This document shows positions 58,409-64,000 of a stretch of 64,000 bases of DNA, in pieces; within the stretch, counting starts at the first letter, position 1, and the number at the start of each line of letters is the position of its first letter. The notes under the pieces are model-generated. The model did not search any database. It saw nothing but the letters and a program-made list of their open reading frames with translations, and had not been told where the DNA came from. The stretch covers positions 199,227 to 263,226 of the forward strand of contig MHOO01000011.1 of NCBI GenBank assembly GCA_001820095.1, written 5' to 3'. Origin of the DNA: Candidatus Staskawiczbacteria bacterium RIFCSPHIGHO2_01_FULL_39_25. GTDB taxonomy: Bacteria; Patescibacteriota; Minisyncoccia; Minisyncoccales; Staskawiczbacteraceae. The position numbers and the translations under genes were made by a program.

Positions 58409-58786
58409 ATGCAAATCATTATAAAAACAAAAAATCTGGAACTTACCGGGCAGCTGGAGAGTTTTATCAATAAAAAAATCGGGGGTTTAAAAAAATTTCT
58501 CACCTCTTTTGAAGGCCATGCGCTTCCCATTGCGGGAGGGAGAAACTTATTTGATACATTTGTAGAAGTAGAAAAAGAAACCAACCACCATAGGAAAGGA
58601 GATATATTTTCAGCAGAGGCAAAGCTGTACCTTCCAGGAAAAAGCTTATTTGCCAAAGCCCATGGCGATGATCTGATGAAAGTAATTAGTGAATTACGAG
58701 ATGAATTGGAGAGCGAAATCCGGCGATACAAAAGCAAGGTAATTGAATTTCCCCGAAGACAGTCAAAAAAACTAAAGAGCCGCTAA
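58409..58786 (+). CDS. hpf: ribosome hibernation promoting factor / RaiA family
   Basis: MQIIIKTKNLELTGQLESFINKKI N-terminus typical of the S30AE family; ATG 58409 in frame with ORF 58391. Confidence 0.7.
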   Translation: MQIIIKTKNLELTGQLESFINKKIGGLKKFLTSFEGHALPIAGGRNLFDTFVEVEKETNHHRKGDIFSAEAKLYLPGKSLFAKAHGDDLMKVISELRDELESEIRRYKSKVIEFPRRQSKKLKSR

Positions 58787-58870
58787 CAAAAACTGGATGA
58801 TCATCCAGTTTTTTGTTCGGTAGCAGATTTACAAGACCCCTCTTTTAAGGTACTATTATGGCATAAAAAG

Positions 58871-61312
58871 ATGTCACTATTTACTAAAATTTTTGGAGAC
58901 GCCAACCAGAAATTCATAAAAAATATACAGCCGGCCGTAGAACAAATAAACTCTCTTGAACCGGAGATGCAGAAGCTTTCTGCCGAACAGTTAAAAGAAA
59001 AAACGAAAGAGTTTAAGGAAAGACTACAGAAGGGAGCTACTCTAGATGATCTGCTCCCCGAGGCTTTTGCCTTAGTCAGGGAAGCAGGAAAAAGAACGCT
59101 GAACCAGCGCCATTTTGACGTTCAATTGATCGGCGGGATTGCACTGCACCAAGGCAACATTGCTGAAATGCGCACCGGCGAGGGAAAAACCCTGTCGGCC
59201 ACGCTGCCTGCCTACCTGAACGCGCTAGAAGGCAAGGGAGTGCATATTGTTACCGTAAACGAATATTTGGCCAAACGAGACATGATATGGATGGGGCAGA
59301 TTTACGCGGCGTGCGGGCTATCTACCGGATGCATCACCAATGCATCAGGATACGTTTACGACGCTTCCTATGTAAATACTGAAAAAGACCAGCAGCGGGA
59401 TTTAGTGGGTTCCTTCAAAGTTGTGGAAGATTATTTAAGGCCGGTTTCTAAAAAAGAAGCCTATCAAGCCGATATTACCTATGGCACCAACAACGAATTT
59501 GGGTTTGATTATTTACGAGATAATATGGCCTATGATCTCAACCAGCAGGCCCAGCGAGGACATCGCTTTGCCATTGTAGATGAGGTGGATTCTATCTTAA
59601 TTGACGAAGCGCGCGTTCCTTTGATTATCTCCGGAGAGGCTGAAAAAGCGACGGACAAATACTACCAGTTTGCAAAAATAGTAATTCCATTAGTGAAAGA
59701 AGAGGATTATATCATTGATGAGAAAATGAAAGCAGTAAGCTTTACCGAAAACGGCCAAAATAACGTGGTAAAAAGCTTGGGCCATGATCCATGGGCTGAA
59801 AACGATATTGCCGCAACCCACCAATTAGAATCCGCCCTGCGGGCTAAAACCCTCTTTTTGAAAGACCGGGATTATGTAGTTAAGAATGGAGAAATTATTA
59901 TTATTGATGAATTTACGGGCAGAATGCTTCCGGGGCGCCGCTGGTCAGCCGGCCTCCACCAGGCCGTAGAAGCTAAAGAAGGTGTTGATATTCAGCCAGA
60001 ATCTACTACCTTGGCAACCATTACATTGCAGAATTATTTCCGCCTCTATAAAAAGCTTTCAGGCATGACGGGAACCGCGCTCACGTCAGCTGAAGAATTT
60101 GATAAAGTGTATAAGCTGGATGTGGTGGTAATTCCAACGCACCGGCCCATGGTAAGAAAAGATTTTCAGGACAAAATTTATAAAACCGAGGCAGGCAAAT
60201 TCAAGGCAGTGATAAAAACTATCAAGGAGCTGCATGAAAAAGGCCAGCCGGTATTAGTAGGCACTAAGTCAGTGGAACGGAATGAGTACTTAGGAAAATT
60301 GTTAAGCATGGAGGGAATTCCACACCAGATTCTAAATGCCAAAAACCATGAGCAAGAGGGCCAAATCATTGCCCAAGCGGGAAAAATGGGTTCAGTTACC
60401 ATTGCCACTAACATGGCGGGCAGAGGAGTTGATATCCTCTTGGGTGGGAATCCCGCAACCCCTGAAGAATCCCAGAAAGTCAGGGACATAGGGGGGCTTT
60501 GCGTCGTAGGCACTGAACGCCATGATGCCAGAAGAATTGACAACCAGCTGCGCGGCCGGGCAGGCAGGCAGGGCGACCTGGGAGCCTCTGAATTTTTTGT
60601 TTCTTTAGAGGATGACCTCATGAGGATTTTTGGCGGCGACCGGATAAAGTCGTTAATGACGGCTTTGAATGTTCCGGAAGACGAACCCATCCAGGCGGGC
60701 ATGATTTCTGGAGCCATTGAGTCAGCCCAAGAAAAAATTGAGGGCTTTAATTTTGATGCCAGGCGCCATTTGTTAGAATACGATGATGTTATGAATAAGC
60801 ACCGTGAAATTATCTACAAAAAACGCAGGGAAATGCTGGAAAATTTTGAATTCGAGATTTCGGACTTTGAGAAATTAGAGTTCAAGGCAGAAGATTTTGA
60901 AAAAAAGAAAAAGGAGCTGGGAGAAGAAAATTTTAACCAGGCAGCCAGATTTGTCAGTTTGAAAGTACTTGATAATCTGTGGCAGGAACACCTATCTAAT
61001 ATGGACCATATGCGAGATTCTGTTCGCTTGCGGGCCTATGGCGGACATGATCCTTTAATTGAATATAAGAACGAAGGCAGAAGATTATTTCAGCAGCTGT
61101 TAGAGCAGATGGATTTTGAAACCGCCGATAATATCTTGAAAGCTAGCGCGCAGGTGCAATCTGCGCCGCGGAATAATATGATAGTTAATATTGGATTACA
61201 GGGAAAAGAAGTGGGGCGAAATGACTTTTGCCCGTGCGGTTCAGGTAAAAAGTTCAAGAAATGCGGGATGCTGAATACGGAGGAACATAAGAAACTAATA
61301 AGCCAAAAATAG
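58871..61312 (+). CDS. secA: preprotein translocase ATPase SecA
   Basis: MRTGEGKTL Walker A, DEVDSILIDEA, C-terminal zinc motif CPCGSGKKFKKCG. Confidence 0.95.
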   Translation: MSLFTKIFGDANQKFIKNIQPAVEQINSLEPEMQKLSAEQLKEKTKEFKERLQKGATLDDLLPEAFALVREAGKRTLNQRHFDVQLIGGIALHQGNIAEMRTGEGKTLSATLPAYLNALEGKGVHIVTVNEYLAKRDMIWMGQIYAACGLSTGCITNASGYVYDASYVNTEKDQQRDLVGSFKVVEDYLRPVSKKEAYQADITYGTNNEFGFDYLRDNMAYDLNQQAQRGHRFAIVDEVDSILIDEARVPLIISGEAEKATDKYYQFAKIVIPLVKEEDYIIDEKMKAVSFTENGQNNVVKSLGHDPWAENDIAATHQLESALRAKTLFLKDRDYVVKNGEIIIIDEFTGRMLPGRRWSAGLHQAVEAKEGVDIQPESTTLATITLQNYFRLYKKLSGMTGTALTSAEEFDKVYKLDVVVIPTHRPMVRKDFQDKIYKTEAGKFKAVIKTIKELHEKGQPVLVGTKSVERNEYLGKLLSMEGIPHQILNAKNHEQEGQIIAQAGKMGSVTIATNMAGRGVDILLGGNPATPEESQKVRDIGGLCVVGTERHDARRIDNQLRGRAGRQGDLGASEFFVSLEDDLMRIFGGDRIKSLMTALNVPEDEPIQAGMISGAIESAQEKIEGFNFDARRHLLEYDDVMNKHREIIYKKRREMLENFEFEISDFEKLEFKAEDFEKKKKELGEENFNQAARFVSLKVLDNLWQEHLSNMDHMRDSVRLRAYGGHDPLIEYKNEGRRLFQQLLEQMDFETADNILKASAQVQSAPRNNMIVNIGLQGKEVGRNDFCPCGSGKKFKKCGMLNTEEHKKLISQK

Positions 61313-61356
61313 TTACGTAGCTTGTTACGTAACATGTTACGTAACAATATAATGTT

Positions 61357-61539
61357 ATGAAAAAATATATAAGAAAAGTTACGCGGGTAGGCAAGCGAAG
61401 TTTAGCCTTGGTAATCCCTGCAGTGATTGCAGATGACCTTAAGATAAAAGAAAAACAGAAATTAGTTATAACTTCTGCCAGAAAGACCATTACCGTTAAA
61501 GACTGGAAAAAACCTGCCAACAAAAAGCTCCATAGGTAA
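61357..61539 (+). CDS. AbrB/SpoVT-like small DNA-binding protein (tentative)
   Basis: KVTRVGKRSLALVIPAVIADDLKIKEKQKLVI resembles a swapped-hairpin domain. Confidence 0.45.
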   Translation: MKKYIRKVTRVGKRSLALVIPAVIADDLKIKEKQKLVITSARKTITVKDWKKPANKKLHR

Positions 61540-61609
61540 CCTCTAGTTAGAGTTAGGCTAAGCCTAACTCTCAAGCCTACAGAGCTAGGCTTAGCCTAAC
61601 TCTCGGAGG

Positions 61610-62230
61610 ATGGAAGTAAATTATATGGAAGAAAGCAGAACAGAATTATTGCGCCAGATTAAAAACGAGGTGATTAATTTGAAAGAATCATCGCTTTATA
61701 AATTCAGAATAGAAAATAAAGTCTTTCCGGTGATTGGAGAAGGAAGCCATGAGGCCGAAATAATGTTTATCGGCGAGGCGCCCGGGAAAAATGAAGCGGC
61801 AACTGGCAGGCCATTCTGTGGAGCGGCCGGGCGCGTATTGACTGAATTAATAGAATCTATAGGATTAAACAGGAAAGAAGTGTATATTACTAATATTGTT
61901 AAAGATCGGCCGCCTGACAATCGCGACCCTTTGCCAGAAGAAATAAGAATATACTCACCATTTTTAGACCGGCAGATTGATATTATCCAGCCAAAAATCA
62001 TTGCTACGTTGGGCAGGTATTCTATGGCATATGTGATGGAAAAATTTAGCTTGCAGAATGAATTAAAGTCTATAAGCCAGATTCATGGAAAAGTGTTTGA
62101 TGCTAAAGCTTCCTATGGAGAAATTAAGGTTATTCCCTTATACCATCCTGCCGTTGCCTTGTATCAAAACAGCTTAAAAGAGCAAATGTTCAAAGATTTT
62201 AAGGTAATTAAAAGTTTTTATGGAAAATAG
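61610..62230 (+). CDS. uracil-DNA glycosylase, family 4
   Basis: GEGSHEAEIMFIGEAPGKNEAATGRPFCGAAG and LYHPA motifs; alternative start 61625. Confidence 0.85.
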   Translation: MEVNYMEESRTELLRQIKNEVINLKESSLYKFRIENKVFPVIGEGSHEAEIMFIGEAPGKNEAATGRPFCGAAGRVLTELIESIGLNRKEVYITNIVKDRPPDNRDPLPEEIRIYSPFLDRQIDIIQPKIIATLGRYSMAYVMEKFSLQNELKSISQIHGKVFDAKASYGEIKVIPLYHPAVALYQNSLKEQMFKDFKVIKSFYGK

Positions 62231-62232
62231 TT

Positions 62233-63105
62233 ATGAATAAAAAAGTTTTAGTTTTATTATTACTGTTAGCAGCTATAGGGCTGGGTTTTTATTTTAAAAA
62301 TGATATTTTAAAAATTTATAATAATACCGCCAAAAATCTGCAGTATTTCCAGAAAAATGATTTAGGGGATATCATCAATGAAGTAAAAAGGGAAATTTTC
62401 ACTCCTCCGCCGCTTAATATCGGAGGGAAGGCGAATAATGTAGTTCTTACTAAAGATAAAATAATTGCGGCGACAAATATCCAACGGTATGATAATGGAT
62501 TATTGCCGCCCTTAATTGAAAATGCACAGCTAACTGCGGCCGCAAAGGCAAAAGCGGAAGATATGTTTGCCAAGCAATACTTTGAGCACGTTTCGCCTTC
62601 GGGGTTAGATCCGGGAACCTTGGTGAAAAGTTTTGGGTATGATTATATTGTTACGGGAGAAAATTTAATCCTGGGTAATTTTTCAAGCGAACAGGAAGTG
62701 GTTCAGCTTTGGATGAACAGCCCCGGGCATCGGGCAAACATTTTGAACAGCAGATTTACTGAAATTGGCGTTGCCATGGTTAAGGGAACCTATAAAGGCC
62801 AAACCGCCTGGATAGGGGTGCAGGAATTCGGCTTGCCGATATCGGCGTGCGCCCAACCCAGCGGCAGTTTGAAAAACCAGATTGCGGCCAATAAGAGCAG
62901 GCTAGACATTCTTGCGGCGCAAATAGAGGCAAAAAAAGCTGAAATTGATAATACCAACCCGCATTCTCCAGAATATAATAGGCTGGTTGACGAGCATAAT
63001 GCCTTGGTGGCAGAATATAATTCTTTGAATCAGGAAACCAGGAATCTTATCATCCAATACAACAGCCAGGTGAGCAAGTTTAACCAGTGCGTAGCGGGGA
63101 GCTAA
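62233..63105 (+). CDS. CAP/SCP-domain secreted protein with C-terminal coiled coil
   Basis: signal/TM, YFEHVSPSG, GENL, NSPGHRANIL. Confidence 0.75.
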   Translation: MNKKVLVLLLLLAAIGLGFYFKNDILKIYNNTAKNLQYFQKNDLGDIINEVKREIFTPPPLNIGGKANNVVLTKDKIIAATNIQRYDNGLLPPLIENAQLTAAAKAKAEDMFAKQYFEHVSPSGLDPGTLVKSFGYDYIVTGENLILGNFSSEQEVVQLWMNSPGHRANILNSRFTEIGVAMVKGTYKGQTAWIGVQEFGLPISACAQPSGSLKNQIAANKSRLDILAAQIEAKKAEIDNTNPHSPEYNRLVDEHNALVAEYNSLNQETRNLIIQYNSQVSKFNQCVAGS

Positions 63106-63203
63106 CGAATTTGAAATTTGAAATTTACAATTTGAAATCAATTTGAATTCATTGAATTTGAAATTTTTAAACACGTTTTAAAATTACGTTAAAATATCAA
63201 TTT

Positions 63204-63470
63204 ATGGCGATTATAAAAAACAAAATTTGGCCGGAATACTTTGAATCGGTGACTTCAGGCAAAAAGAAATTTGAGCTTCGTCTCAATGATTTTGAGGTGA
63301 ATGAAGGAGATACTCTTATTCTTCAAGAATATGATCCCATTAGTAAAGAATATACAGGCAGGCAGGTTGAAAAAAAGGTAACCTATGTGGGAAAATTTAT
63401 GATCGATAAATTATTTTGGCCCAAAGAAGATATTGAAGAAAAAGGCATACAAATTATTTCAATAGAGTAA
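63204..63470 (+). CDS. ASCH/DUF3850-like protein
   Basis: IWPEYFESVTSGKKKFELRLNDFEVNEGDTLILQEYD. Confidence 0.6.
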   Translation: MAIIKNKIWPEYFESVTSGKKKFELRLNDFEVNEGDTLILQEYDPISKEYTGRQVEKKVTYVGKFMIDKLFWPKEDIEEKGIQIISIE

Positions 63471-63471
63471 T

Positions 63472-63972
63472 ATGAAATTTGCGATTGTTTCTGATACCCA
63501 CGATAATATGGCTAACTTTAATAAAGTGATTGATTTTTTGAATGTCCAAAAAATTGATAGGATGTTGCATTGCGGGGATATTTGCAATCAAGATACCATA
63601 GAAGAGGCAGAAAAAAATTTTAAGGGTGAGATTATTTTTGTCAGGGGCAATGGAGATTTTAACCTAAAAGACGTTCCCGATACTATGGAGGTTGATTTAG
63701 GCAATAAAAAAGTGGCTTTTATCCATTATCCTGACTTGGCAAAAAAATTGGCAGAGTCTGGCAAATATGATTTGGTGTTTTACGGCCATACGCACCGGCC
63801 GTGGGAAGAGAGAATACTTGTCTCGCCGAAGCCAAATGGCGAAGGCGGAGGGAACTGCAGGCTAGTAAATCCCGGCGAAGTTGCCGGCCAGCGTTTCAAG
63901 CCCACATTTGCCATATATGACACCGAAACCGACAAGCTAGAACTCAAAATCCTAGAAAAAATGCAAGATTAA
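63472..63972 (+). CDS. YfcE/MJ0936-family metallophosphoesterase
   Basis: IVSDTHDN, CGDICN, VRGNGD, YGHTH motifs. Confidence 0.8.
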   Translation: MKFAIVSDTHDNMANFNKVIDFLNVQKIDRMLHCGDICNQDTIEEAEKNFKGEIIFVRGNGDFNLKDVPDTMEVDLGNKKVAFIHYPDLAKKLAESGKYDLVFYGHTHRPWEERILVSPKPNGEGGGNCRLVNPGEVAGQRFKPTFAIYDTETDKLELKILEKMQD

Positions 63973-64000
63973 ATTCTTGCGTTTTTTATTTAGATGAGGT

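Overview
AT-rich bacterial contig (about one-third GC by eye, not computed). Gene content looks like a small-genome Patescibacteria/CPR-type organism, which is an inference. The right half (34.8-64 kb) is conserved core. It holds a type IV pilus operon (pilB, pilC, major pilin, three pseudopilins, a large minor pilin, pilM/N/O-like), two CheY-like receivers and a full F1Fo ATP synthase operon (atpB-E-F-H-A-G-D-C). It also holds a CapD-like sugar dehydratase, murB, hpf, secA, a family-4 UDG, a CAP-domain protein and a metallophosphoesterase. The left half (0-34.6 kb) is an accessory mosaic of small AT-rich cargo genes (methyltransferases, GNAT, Nudix, histidine phosphatase, CYTH, C39-like peptidase, GAF histidine kinase, pyruvoyl arginine decarboxylase, carbamoyltransferase). 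These are interleaved with visibly GC-rich blocks, truncated gene fragments and direct repeats. The GC-rich blocks encode a second AspRS placed head-to-head with the AT-rich AspRS, a TrpRS, a P-loop kinase-like protein, two paralogous WH...HH-motif proteins and an NDK fusion. Most notably they encode a four-gene cluster (7252-11786, minus strand): viperin-like radical SAM + SAM methyltransferase, then a second radical SAM + thymidylate-synthase-fold enzyme. I rank this cluster as the best candidate for an undescribed nucleotide-modifying system. Other signals: (1) the 3' end of a 92-aa gene recurs four times, marking a recombination hotspot; (2) a conserved ~265-bp TIR-bounded, highly structured element occurs twice in inverted orientation, and one copy supplies the stop codon of a short atpC; (3) nearly every core intergenic spacer is an imperfect palindrome built from short repeated words. 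I found no rRNA, tRNA, CRISPR array, integrase or transposase. All calls rest on motif reading by eye, with no database search.
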